Of a stretch of DNA of 38,986 bases, positions 1 to 8,255 are shown piece after piece. Every line of letters begins with the position of its first letter. The first letter of the stretch is position 1. The translations under genes and the position numbers were made by a program. Origin of the DNA: a virus (Duplodnaviria; Caudoviricetes); IMG/VR virus record IMGVR_UViG_3300043442_000393, positions 1-38,986 of that record; one strand, 5' to 3'. The notes beneath the pieces are model-generated. The model saw only the letters and a program-made list of their open reading frames with translations. It searched no databases and was not told the DNA's origin.

Positions 1-398
1 TTGACTCCGTCGGCTTTGACAACGTAACCAGCCTGCTGACGCTTGCGGTTGATGTCCATCTTTTCTAGGTACATGTCGTCAAGCTCTTGGTCTGTTCCTC
101 CGACGGCGCAGATGATGTTTGCGACGAAGTGCAAGACGTCTACGCATTCCTTGATGACTTCCTTGCGGTCGACGTACGGCTTGTCTGCCTGCCACGGTTT
201 CCACGAGATCGCCTTGCGGACCTCGGCGAGTTCATCGTCGATCGCGAGCATGTTCCAACGCAGGTACTCGATGATCTCACGAAGCGCTTCGTCAGAGTCT
301 TCACTGAACTTGTGGTAGTTGACGCCGTAGTGGTCTTGCTGCAGACGCCGCGTTTCATACAGCCACTCTTGAAAAAGCCGTCGAGAATACATGCTCAT
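1..398 (-). CDS. Dimeric all-alpha dCTPase/dUTPase (dUTPase_2 / T4 gp56-like), 3' end truncated by the window edge
   Basis: Not in the ORF track. Manual translation from ATG at 398 (alternative ATG at 392): MSMYSRRLFQEWLYETRRLQQDHYG...DDELAEVRKAISWKPWQ...EVIKECVDVLHFVANI...MYLEKMDINRKRQQAGY. The ExxE, WKPW, ExxD-xxHF and YxxKxxxNxxRQxxGY motifs are typical of this family. The frame stays open to position 1. Confidence 0.85.
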   Translation of the reverse strand, partial: MSMYSRRLFQEWLYETRRLQQDHYGVNYHKFSEDSDEALREIIEYLRWNMLAIDDELAEVRKAISWKPWQADKPYVDRKEVIKECVDVLHFVANIICAVGGTDQELDDMYLEKMDINRKRQQAGYVVKADGV

Positions 399-402
399 TT
401 TG

Positions 403-1410
403 TCACACCACCTGCTGTAGAAACGTCAATGCTTTATTTGTCGTAGGAATAATATCCAAGTATTGCTCTTTCTGAGATACCGCGAGCTCGTACCTGTCGA
501 TCGCAGACAGCTCTTCGATGCCAGCCGCGAGGTGAGTCCACGCAGAACCCACGCACGCACTGAGCTTCCAATCTGTCGCGATCGGAGTAGACGCGTTCAT
601 CGCTTGAAAGTAGCGAGGAGACCACCAAGGGTTCTTGTCTCGTTGAGGGCAGATCAAAGCGCCGAGAGACGTCGAGAGCTTTCTGTGGACGTCGGAGTCA
701 GTAGATCCCTTGTTCTCTTTCATGCTCTCGTGAGGCAGGCGAAGAGTCTTGACGGTGTCTGTCGTCCATCGAGCTCCGATATCGTCAGCAGCCCATACGT
801 TGCGGCGCACCGTCTGGACGTCTGAAATCTTCGTGGCCTTGATGTACGCGGCATCCATGTTTAGGCCTACCAGACGGCCTCTGGAGGCCTCTGGCAGCCC
901 TTGTATGTCGTCATCAGACCAGGGCAGAGCTGGAAACAAGGTTGTCGGCCACTCTCGGTTCAGTAATAGATCAATCGCTAAAGAGATTGATCTTTTAGTC
1001 TTCTTGTCGTTGACGACTTCATTGTAGAACTTTCGCTTCGAGTAGAACGGCTTGAACAGCGTGCTATCTGATCTTTGAGCCGCTCGCAACCCTGCTGTGA
1101 TCTTGCTCGGCTCTGGAGAGTCGATGAACATGACGAGCGACTTCGATCTCGCCGCCTTGTCTATTGTCGCCAAAGCGCCGTACGCCGAGTTCGAAGCTAC
1201 GCTTATCGGAGAAGCAAGTCCGACGAACACTCGGTCGTACGCGTCTAGCTCCGACTGAGTGCACATGGGGTCTGGCTCTACTTGGTCTACGACGTATCCA
1301 AGCGACACAAGCGCGCGGACAAGTTGAGTAGAGAACGACACGTTTTTCATGCCAAGAGAGTATGAATGGTGCGCTGAGGTGCACCCAGTCACGAGTACGC
1401 GACCTTTCAT
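403..1410 (-). CDS. Putative glycosyltransferase (GT-B-like), paralog of 2497-3546
   Basis: N-terminal RVLVTG strand and C-terminal WWSPRYFQAMNASTP, resembling the GT-B R-x-F/Y-E/Q-a-x-a-x-g/t-P motif. Adjacent to UDP-galactopyranose mutase with a 1-nt stop/start overlap. Confidence 0.65.
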   Translation of the reverse strand: MKGRVLVTGCTSAHHSYSLGMKNVSFSTQLVRALVSLGYVVDQVEPDPMCTQSELDAYDRVFVGLASPISVASNSAYGALATIDKAARSKSLVMFIDSPEPSKITAGLRAAQRSDSTLFKPFYSKRKFYNEVVNDKKTKRSISLAIDLLLNREWPTTLFPALPWSDDDIQGLPEASRGRLVGLNMDAAYIKATKISDVQTVRRNVWAADDIGARWTTDTVKTLRLPHESMKENKGSTDSDVHRKLSTSLGALICPQRDKNPWWSPRYFQAMNASTPIATDWKLSACVGSAWTHLAAGIEELSAIDRYELAVSQKEQYLDIIPTTNKALTFLQQVV

Positions 1411-2504
1411 TAGAGTCCGAGCACCTTCTCTGCGGCTTCAATTCCTTGAAGTATTGCCTGATCGGTGTCGATGTAGACGTAGTTTGCCAGTCTGCCGGCG
1501 GACACAGCGTGCGGGAACTCCTCGACGAGCTGCGACTTGAGCCACTGCGCTCGGTTCTTGTTCGTGCCTTCTGCGTCGTCTACGGGATAGTGCTTGACTG
1601 GCGCTCCTGGGTACTCGTATGAGAGGACCGTGCCAAGAAGTTCTTTTTGACCGGACATCTGCTTGGTCTCGATGATGCGTGTGTGCGCGACGTCAAGACT
1701 CGGAGTGTTCACGACGCCTGCGTCAAGCGCGTAGCCTTCCTGGTCTGTGATGAATCTGTGCTCGAGACGAACTCCTCGCCACGACAATGGAGCCTCGTTG
1801 AGGAACTCGTCAAGCGGAGCAGTGACGATCACTGCGTCCCATGAGTCCCAGTCCACTGTGTCTGCATTGTCTTTCGTGTTTGTGTACACGTCGTGAGCTG
1901 CGTCATGCAGCATGTTCATTACAAGGTTCGTCCAGCCGCCTCGCGGCCAGCCCTGCCACTTGTTGCGGAACAAGCCGAGGTATCCGTCAGATCGCAGGTC
2001 GATGCGCTTCGGAGCGAACGATGACGAGAGATTACTTGGCTCAGTTCCCCACTGCTTGAGAGTGTACGGGTAGATGAACCACTGATACAGCGTCTCGCCC
2101 ATGATCGAGACCGCATACGTCTCGAAGTTCGTCTTGTCAGGCTCTGACGGAAGATTCTCAAGCTCAGAAGAAATCTTGTTCCACTCTGGAAGCGTCTTGA
2201 GCTCGTCGATCTGCGGAGGCCAGCTCATCAACTGGTTGTTGACGATCGTCTTCACGATGTGATGATACGGCTCCCAGTCCGAGTACTTCTGTAAGATCTC
2301 AATCACGTCTTCGTTGTCGGTGTGGCTGATGTGCGTGCCGTGAGGCTCGTACAAGATCGAGCCCATCTTCTCGGTGCGAACTGCGCCACCTGCTACAGGT
2401 GCTGCCTCGTGCATCTCGACGATCCAGTCGCCGGTCTGCCGAAGTTGGATACCCGCGCTTATTCCAGTCAATCCTGTACCGATGATCAAAGCTTGCTTAC
2501 GCAC
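1410..2504 (-). CDS. glf: UDP-galactopyranose mutase-like flavoenzyme
   Basis: FAD motif IIGTGLTG and GG, plus HGTHISHT, YTLKQWG, QGWPRGG, RIIETK, YEYP, HYPV and GRLANYVYIDTDQAI. All match Glf motifs in the correct order; 364 aa. Confidence 0.9.
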   Translation of the reverse strand: MRKQALIIGTGLTGISAGIQLRQTGDWIVEMHEAAPVAGGAVRTEKMGSILYEPHGTHISHTDNEDVIEILQKYSDWEPYHHIVKTIVNNQLMSWPPQIDELKTLPEWNKISSELENLPSEPDKTNFETYAVSIMGETLYQWFIYPYTLKQWGTEPSNLSSSFAPKRIDLRSDGYLGLFRNKWQGWPRGGWTNLVMNMLHDAAHDVYTNTKDNADTVDWDSWDAVIVTAPLDEFLNEAPLSWRGVRLEHRFITDQEGYALDAGVVNTPSLDVAHTRIIETKQMSGQKELLGTVLSYEYPGAPVKHYPVDDAEGTNKNRAQWLKSQLVEEFPHAVSAGRLANYVYIDTDQAILQGIEAAEKVLGL

Positions 2505-3546
2505 CTTTGGCCTCCGCGATCGACTTGCGCACTGCCGCCATTACCGTCTCTACGACCTGCTCTTTAGACGCTTGCGCCTTGAAGAATGCGTCCGCTTGTG
2601 CGTTCGCGAGTTCTCGCAGCTGCGGCTTGCTCATCGCCTCGATCGCCGACGCCTTGACAAGGTACGGCTCTCCAAGCGGCGCGACCTCTGCTGGGTCAGC
2701 GAGCATGATCGAACGAGTACGGGCGGTGTACACAAAGCGGTTTCGCCACCAGCCGCTGCCTGCGTGCGGGTACTTCGGAGAAAGAACTCCCCACGACTGA
2801 GCGTACAGATCTACAAGCTCTTTCTCGGTGAGCTTATTGTCGGCCTTGCTCTTTCGTGAGCCGATGTACTCAACAGGCCAAGACAGCTTCATCTTCTCAA
2901 GCCACTTGCGCTGGTCGGACAGCACGCCAAGAATCCACTGTGTCTTTCTGTCTTCGTCTGTCGGAATCTCGGTGTGAAACTCTTCAGCGTACGGGCTGAG
3001 GTCTGTGTAGACCCACTCACGCGAAGTCAGTGTGTATGTGACCTTGCTTCCATCGCCCCAGGTGAACTTCGGCACCAGTGTGATGGGCCACGGTCGGTCC
3101 ATCAGCGCTTCAACGACCGGGAAGATTCGCGAAACGTTTGCTCGTGCCCAGTCAAGGTCGGCGCGTGCTGAGCCGAGACTTTCTCGGACAAGGCGTTCTC
3201 CGCTCTTGACCTTCGTGATTGTCTTCAAGCTTGTGATGATGTTCTGCGTCTGCCAGTCGTCGATGTAGAACATGAGTCCGCATCCGTTCTGTCGCGCACG
3301 AGATACTACGTCAAGCGCACCGTATGCGTACGTCGAGCCGAGTGCGGCAAGCGCGATCTGTCCGCATATGATGAGGTCGTAGCCAGAGATGTCTTCGTCT
3401 GGCATTGCGCGTCGGTGATCGACCTCGCAACCTCCGTCACGAAGGATGTCGGCGAACAAGTCGGCGACCGCTCCGTACTTCACTAGTTTTCGCGTCGAGC
3501 CAATGTGCTGCGCGGTGTATCCAGTCATCAATACTTTGATTGTCAT
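2497..3546 (-). CDS. Putative glycosyltransferase (GT-B-like, candidate DNA-modifying)
   Basis: KVLMTGYTAQH...YDLIICG...AYGAL...FYIDDW...WPITLVP...SWGVLSP...GWWRNRF, collinear with 403-1410. Overlaps the glf start. Confidence 0.65.
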   Translation of the reverse strand: MTIKVLMTGYTAQHIGSTRKLVKYGAVADLFADILRDGGCEVDHRRAMPDEDISGYDLIICGQIALAALGSTYAYGALDVVSRARQNGCGLMFYIDDWQTQNIITSLKTITKVKSGERLVRESLGSARADLDWARANVSRIFPVVEALMDRPWPITLVPKFTWGDGSKVTYTLTSREWVYTDLSPYAEEFHTEIPTDEDRKTQWILGVLSDQRKWLEKMKLSWPVEYIGSRKSKADNKLTEKELVDLYAQSWGVLSPKYPHAGSGWWRNRFVYTARTRSIMLADPAEVAPLGEPYLVKASAIEAMSKPQLRELANAQADAFFKAQASKEQVVETVMAAVRKSIAEAKGA

Positions 3547-3578
3547 GTGTTCTCTCCAGTTGTCGTTGTATGCAACAA

Positions 3579-3611
3579 GCGAGCGAGCAGATGTTTAGTC
3601 TGCTCGCCCGC
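3579..3611 (-). terminator. Intrinsic terminator-like hairpin after the SSB gene
   Basis: Minus strand GCGGGCGAGCAGA-ctaaaca-TCTGCTCGCTCGC: 13-bp stem with one G-U pair, followed by TTGTTG. Confidence 0.65.
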
Positions 3612-3636
3612 GTGCGTCGCTGAGTCTAACTGTACC

Positions 3637-4176
3637 TCAGAAGGGCGCCGTAGGCGGCACCGCTGCTCCTGCTGGAGCTGCGGCTGGCATCGGTGCTGGA
3701 GCTGGCTGTGGAGCTGGAGCTGCCTGAGGCGCTGGAGCTGCGGCTGGCATCGGAGCAGCAGCGGTCTGCGGCTGAACCGAGTAGTACGCCTTGATCTCGT
3801 TCTTCTTCTGACCCTGCCAGGTGCGAGTACCCACGGCGGCGCGGAACGAACGACCACGGAGGGTCTGCTCGATCTGAGCGTTCGTTGGGCTCGTGCTGAA
3901 GTAGTCGCGAGTGAGTCCGAGAGCTGCCATCTTGCGGAAGAAGATGGCGAGCGCGTTTGGATTGTCGGTTGACACGACCAGGTTGTCCCAGACGAGACGC
4001 TTTGCGTGCGCACCAGTCTGAACCTGCGCCTTGACGGCGAACATGGTCTTTCCGGTCTGTGTCACCTTGGCTGTCGCCTCCAAGATCTGGAGATCGTAGT
4101 CACCGTCTGGTAGCGGATCGTAGCTTCCTGTGTCTGCGGCCTCTTTGACGAGGTCGCCCCAATTGAGTGTGGACAT
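3637..4176 (-). CDS. DUF669-type single-stranded DNA-binding protein
   Basis: YDPLPDGDY...TGKTM...RLVWDNL...KNEIK, Pro/Ala-rich tail ending APF, and position directly after a Sak4-like ATPase. Confidence 0.75.
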   Translation of the reverse strand: MSTLNWGDLVKEAADTGSYDPLPDGDYDLQILEATAKVTQTGKTMFAVKAQVQTGAHAKRLVWDNLVVSTDNPNALAIFFRKMAALGLTRDYFSTSPTNAQIEQTLRGRSFRAAVGTRTWQGQKKNEIKAYYSVQPQTAAAPMPAAAPAPQAAPAPQPAPAPMPAAAPAGAAVPPTAPF

Positions 4177-4178
4177 TG

Positions 4179-4961
4179 TTACTTACCTGCTTTCGTTGTT
4201 GATGTTGCTTTTGCTTGATCCGGCTTTGGGCCGAACACCATGTCGAGCATGCGCTCTACGCCAAGGTCTTGCTGCTCGACAATCTTGCCGAGGCGGCCTT
4301 GAACGCGCTCACCTGCTTCGTATTGATTCGTGCGCTCGACGTACATGCGTCGTGCCTTGTACGGCGGCTGAGTCGGGTCTTGGCTGACGAACTCTTCGAC
4401 AGTGATTGCGCCCAGGATGTCGTAGAAGTATGGTGCCTGGATAGCGAGTTGTCCTTGCAAGTATGGTCGCGCACGACCGTCTTGCCCTGTCCGTGCCATT
4501 GCCGTGAGGACGACTGCCTCGAGCGGTGCTGTAGCGTGCATTGTCAAGTCACGCAGGTCGCGCAGAAGCGCTCCCATGTGACGGAGCAACTCGCCCCACT
4601 GCTGCATCTGCATCTGGTTCGTTCCGGCGATGTTGTCCATGCACTTGACCTGCAACTCGGATACCGAGTCGATGATCAAAGACTTGAACTGGTGGCGTCC
4701 GAGTTGGAGCCACTGGTACGCCTTGAGAACCGTGTCGTATTCAGTGACGTTCACGACGCAGGTGTCCCACGTCCCGTCTGCCACCGGCGGTTCTTCGCGC
4801 AGCGGATCCCAGTAGCGGACCTGGATCGGCAAGAAGCGGTGACCGCCCTCGACGTCCAGCATCAGCCTCGGGTACGGCGCTGTGACCGCGAATGTTGATT
4901 TACCTACCTTCGATTCTCCGTACACCATGAGTGTAAGAGAACGTTGTACGCCATTCGTCAT
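4179..4961 (-). CDS. AAA_24 / Sak4-like (RecA-like) ATPase recombinase
   Basis: Walker A YGESKVGKST, LDVEGG, Walker B LIIDSVSELQ, and QQWG motif. Confidence 0.85.
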   Translation of the reverse strand: MTNGVQRSLTLMVYGESKVGKSTFAVTAPYPRLMLDVEGGHRFLPIQVRYWDPLREEPPVADGTWDTCVVNVTEYDTVLKAYQWLQLGRHQFKSLIIDSVSELQVKCMDNIAGTNQMQMQQWGELLRHMGALLRDLRDLTMHATAPLEAVVLTAMARTGQDGRARPYLQGQLAIQAPYFYDILGAITVEEFVSQDPTQPPYKARRMYVERTNQYEAGERVQGRLGKIVEQQDLGVERMLDMVFGPKPDQAKATSTTKAGK

Positions 4962-4967
4962 ACGTTG

Positions 4968-5900
4968 TTACTCGTTTCCTTTGGTCTCTGCTTTGTAGTA
5001 TTCGTACGGGTCGGCGACCGCGTACATCTCGCTGATTGCTTGCTCGGCGGCGGAACCGTCGTCGAGCAGTGGGCAAACAGCAAAGAACTGGCACTTCCAC
5101 TTGCAGTCGCGGCTAGGCCGCGGATAAGCAAGCAGTTGGTGATCTCCTCCTTCGTCTAGTCCGTCTCTCACTCGCAAGAGGTCTCCGATGGTACCGTGAA
5201 TACGGTTCCAGAAAGACCTCAGCGAAAAAGTATTGTGACGGACCTCGATCTGCTCGAAGAACGGCGGACGAGCGTTAGCCGTGCGCTTCACCTTCTTGAG
5301 CATCGTGAAGATACCACCTTCTGAGCGCTCGCCTTCTTTGTTCTGCGCGGCCTCGAGCATCATGTAAGTGAGGATCTGCTCGTTCATGTGAGCCAGCGAG
5401 GCGAACTCTGTGAACGACCCGCCGACAGTCTTGAAGTCACGGAACATGCGGACACCGTCGCCTTTGCGGCGGACTCGCATGTCAAGCTTTCCTTGAAGCT
5501 CAACTCGTCCGTCAAACAGTGGCATGCTGATTGTCTGCTCAGTAGAGATCATCTCGAGCTCGGCGTCGATGCCGTTCTCTTCAACCCACTGGAGGTAACC
5601 TTCAAGCATGATGCGTCCGAGTTCGGCTTCTGACTCAAGCTCAACCGTGTCTTGAAACTGGGTTCGCATGATGTTCTTGTCTACCTCGACAAGTTGTGCG
5701 TGCGCCTCAAGAAGCGGGATGTCCTTCGAGTAGTAGGCGTCGAGCGCCGCGTGAATACGAGAACCGAGAGCGAGCGGCCCGATCATCTTCTGCTCTTTCG
5801 GCCTCAAGCCTCTGTAGTACGACAACCACCACTTACGGCGGCAGTCTTTGAATGTTTGGATCTCGCTGTTGGAGATCGCTATTGGTCGTCTGTTTGTCAT
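4968..5900 (-). CDS. Cas4/AddB-like PD-(D/E)XK exonuclease
   Basis: ISNSEIQTFKDCRRKWW, GSRIH, GKLD...DFKT, EQILTY and C-terminal CKWKCQFFAVC (four-Cys Fe-S staple). Confidence 0.85.
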   Translation of the reverse strand: MTNRRPIAISNSEIQTFKDCRRKWWLSYYRGLRPKEQKMIGPLALGSRIHAALDAYYSKDIPLLEAHAQLVEVDKNIMRTQFQDTVELESEAELGRIMLEGYLQWVEENGIDAELEMISTEQTISMPLFDGRVELQGKLDMRVRRKGDGVRMFRDFKTVGGSFTEFASLAHMNEQILTYMMLEAAQNKEGERSEGGIFTMLKKVKRTANARPPFFEQIEVRHNTFSLRSFWNRIHGTIGDLLRVRDGLDEGGDHQLLAYPRPSRDCKWKCQFFAVCPLLDDGSAAEQAISEMYAVADPYEYYKAETKGNE

Positions 5901-7693
5901 GAACCAGCCTTGTCTTCTCTGAGTAGTGTTAGGAGCTTCGCCTTGTCGCGGACGACCTCTTCGAAGTTCTCGTTCTTGACGTCAAGAACTTGAATCACTC
6001 GTTCCTCGATGGTGTCTTCAGTCACGTAGTCCGTGATGATGATGCTGTCGTGGATCTCGCTGCCGATGCGGTGCACGCGGTCCATCGCTTGCTTGTGGTC
6101 GACGAGCGACCAAGGACGCTGAAGCATGATCAACCTGCGCGCCGCGGTAAGCGTCACACCGACTCCGCCGGCTTGAGCTGTGAAGAGGATCCACTTGATC
6201 TTGCCAGACTGGAAGTCGTCGATGGCTTTCTGCCGCTCGTCTTCGTCCTGCGCCCCCGTGATGAGGCCGTGCGGGATCTTTGCCGCGGTCATGCGAGCGC
6301 TCAGCAGGTCGATCAACTGGCGGGACACCGCGCATACTGCGACAGAGTCGCTGCCGAAGTCGCCGTTCTCGATGTCGTCCATCACCGCGTCTACCTTGCA
6401 CGAAGGCTCTGAAAGCTTGAGCTCAAGCTCGCCTGTTGCGGCGTCTACTTCCATCTCGGCGTAAGAGTTGGCGAACTGTAGTAGTCGTGTCGTCTGAGTT
6501 AGCGGACTTGGGGCAGTGACTGCCGTGCCACCCTCGAGCTCGGCGATCATGATCTCACGCATCTGCTTGTACGCCTTGGCCTGCTTCGTAGACATCTCTA
6601 CGTCACGACGGTCGTTGATGACCGGCGGAAGCCAAGGCAACACACGGGACTTCAGCATGCGTCGCATACGCGGGTTGATGGTCGCGTAGAACTCTTCTTG
6701 CATGTGAGACTTGACGCCGATGACCATCATGCCACCGAACGCGTTGAGCATTGTGTTGATCATGCGGTCGATCCAGCGCGTCTTGCTCGGCCATTCTTCT
6801 GGCGACAGCCAGTGAAGAATTGACCACAGGTCTACAACGTCGTTAGCTATCGGAGTGCCAGTCAGAGCGAACCGCACAGGCGCGTCGGCTGTAGCCGCCC
6901 ACAGCGCGCGAGTCTGCTTGCTCTTGGGATCTTTGCTGCGGTGGATCTCGTCAGCTATAACTGCGTTGAAGCTGATTGCGTTCAGCTCACGAAGATGCAC
7001 TTCGCAGCGATTCTCGCTGACGCTCGAGTCGTGTCCGCCGCACGCTTCGCAGCGAGCCAGCGCTACTGAACCGTAGGGAGCCAGACGCGAGTGACCGCGC
7101 AGAGACTCCCAGTTCATGACGTAGACATCGGCTTTTTCTTCAAGCTGCTTCTTGCGTTGGTTGGCTGTGCCTTTGACGATCTGCACCGTCACGCCAGGCC
7201 ACCAGCGCTCAAACTCGCGTTTCCAGTTTTTCTTGACCGTGTTGGGGCAGACGACAAGCGCCGGAAACACTGGCGTTCCACGAGACTGGATCTCTGCTAG
7301 AGCGCGGATAGCCTGCGCTGTCTTGCCCAGGCCAGGCTCGTCGGCTAGTAAAGCGCGTCGCGCTGTGGCAAGAAACTGTACCCCCGCACGTTGGTGAGGG
7401 AACAGGTCGTCGTTGCCTTCAATCGCCTCGATGTCACGAAGCGCGTTCGCAGGATCGATACGAGACGTTCTCTCGTTAGCCGCCCACTCTGCTAGCTTCG
7501 ACCCGATGACCAGGTCGTCTCTGAATGTTGACCGCAGCGCGAGGCATGTTGACCACCCGAGCGGTACTTTCCAGGTCTGGGCTTTTGCGTCCCATGTGGC
7601 GCCAGGAAGGCTCTTGCAGAGCTCCTTGTATCGCCACTCGGTCACGATTGTGATGTGTTTGCCATCATCTGCGACCTCAACCTGTACTGCCAT
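5897..7693 (-). CDS. SNF2-family DNA helicase
   Basis: LFPHQ, LLADEPGLGKT, DEIH, ALTGTP, GGVGVTLT and QAMDRVHRIG. Confidence 0.92.
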   Translation of the reverse strand: MAVQVEVADDGKHITIVTEWRYKELCKSLPGATWDAKAQTWKVPLGWSTCLALRSTFRDDLVIGSKLAEWAANERTSRIDPANALRDIEAIEGNDDLFPHQRAGVQFLATARRALLADEPGLGKTAQAIRALAEIQSRGTPVFPALVVCPNTVKKNWKREFERWWPGVTVQIVKGTANQRKKQLEEKADVYVMNWESLRGHSRLAPYGSVALARCEACGGHDSSVSENRCEVHLRELNAISFNAVIADEIHRSKDPKSKQTRALWAATADAPVRFALTGTPIANDVVDLWSILHWLSPEEWPSKTRWIDRMINTMLNAFGGMMVIGVKSHMQEEFYATINPRMRRMLKSRVLPWLPPVINDRRDVEMSTKQAKAYKQMREIMIAELEGGTAVTAPSPLTQTTRLLQFANSYAEMEVDAATGELELKLSEPSCKVDAVMDDIENGDFGSDSVAVCAVSRQLIDLLSARMTAAKIPHGLITGAQDEDERQKAIDDFQSGKIKWILFTAQAGGVGVTLTAARRLIMLQRPWSLVDHKQAMDRVHRIGSEIHDSIIITDYVTEDTIEERVIQVLDVKNENFEEVVRDKAKLLTLLREDKAGS

Positions 7694-7723
7694 CTGGTGT
7701 CCTTCCGTCCGTGCGTTGGTTCA

Positions 7724-7732
7724 ACTATATCA
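7724..7732 (-). promoter_or_regulatory. Putative extended -10 promoter (TG-a-TATAGT) for the helicase operon
   Basis: Lies in an AT-rich intergenic gap upstream of the SD-like GGAAGGA. An alternative TTGTCG-N17-TAGTAT is also present just upstream. Confidence 0.45.
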
Positions 7733-7787
7733 TAGATACTACGTGATTTTGTCATCATCGACAAATTTTTTAGATAGTATCTAATAT

Positions 7788-8255
7788 CTAGCTAAGTAGA
7801 GCTCTTGGCACCCAGCCCAGCTTTACTAGACGGATCAATCCGTGACGCATCGCGTCCTTGTCGTGACCGTCGGTCCCAGACTTCCAGTAGCCGAGCTTCT
7901 TGAGTGCCTCGTTGGGGAACATCTTCTTCGCGTCTGCAGGAGACTGAAAGATGATCTTTTCTGGATCAAGAGAAGATGAGTGCACGATGTACTTCAAGAT
8001 GCCGATCATCTCAAGGCTGAATGGCGCTTGAGAGTTCTTTACAGTTTGAGCGTTGATGATGAACCTCTCGCAGACGATGTCTGGAGTAACTCCCTTGTCT
8101 CTTGCGAAGAAGATCGACCCGTAGAGCTCATTGACTACGTTCCACAACGTGTACTCTCCCGACGCCTCAAGTACTGGCTCCTGGCCAGGCTCTCGTGAGA
8201 ATACGGCAATACCTGTTGTCTTGCCCGGGTCGACAGCGATCACTATGTTCTTCAT
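7788..8255 (-). CDS. RuvC-like Holliday junction resolvase
   Basis: VIAVDPGKTTGIA, IVCERF and HDKDAMRH motifs. Start moved to ATG 8255, which overlaps the Pol stop as TAATG (track start 8273). Confidence 0.8.
   Translation of the reverse strand: MKNIVIAVDPGKTTGIAVFSREPGQEPVLEASGEYTLWNVVNELYGSIFFARDKGVTPDIVCERFIINAQTVKNSQAPFSLEMIGILKYIVHSSSLDPEKIIFQSPADAKKMFPNEALKKLGYWKSGTDGHDKDAMRHGLIRLVKLGWVPRALLS

Noticed and set aside
3671-3753. 23-bp direct repeat (3671-3693 and 3731-3753)
   Set aside because: It encodes a duplicated PMPAAAPA in the flexible SSB tail, an ordinary low-complexity linker.
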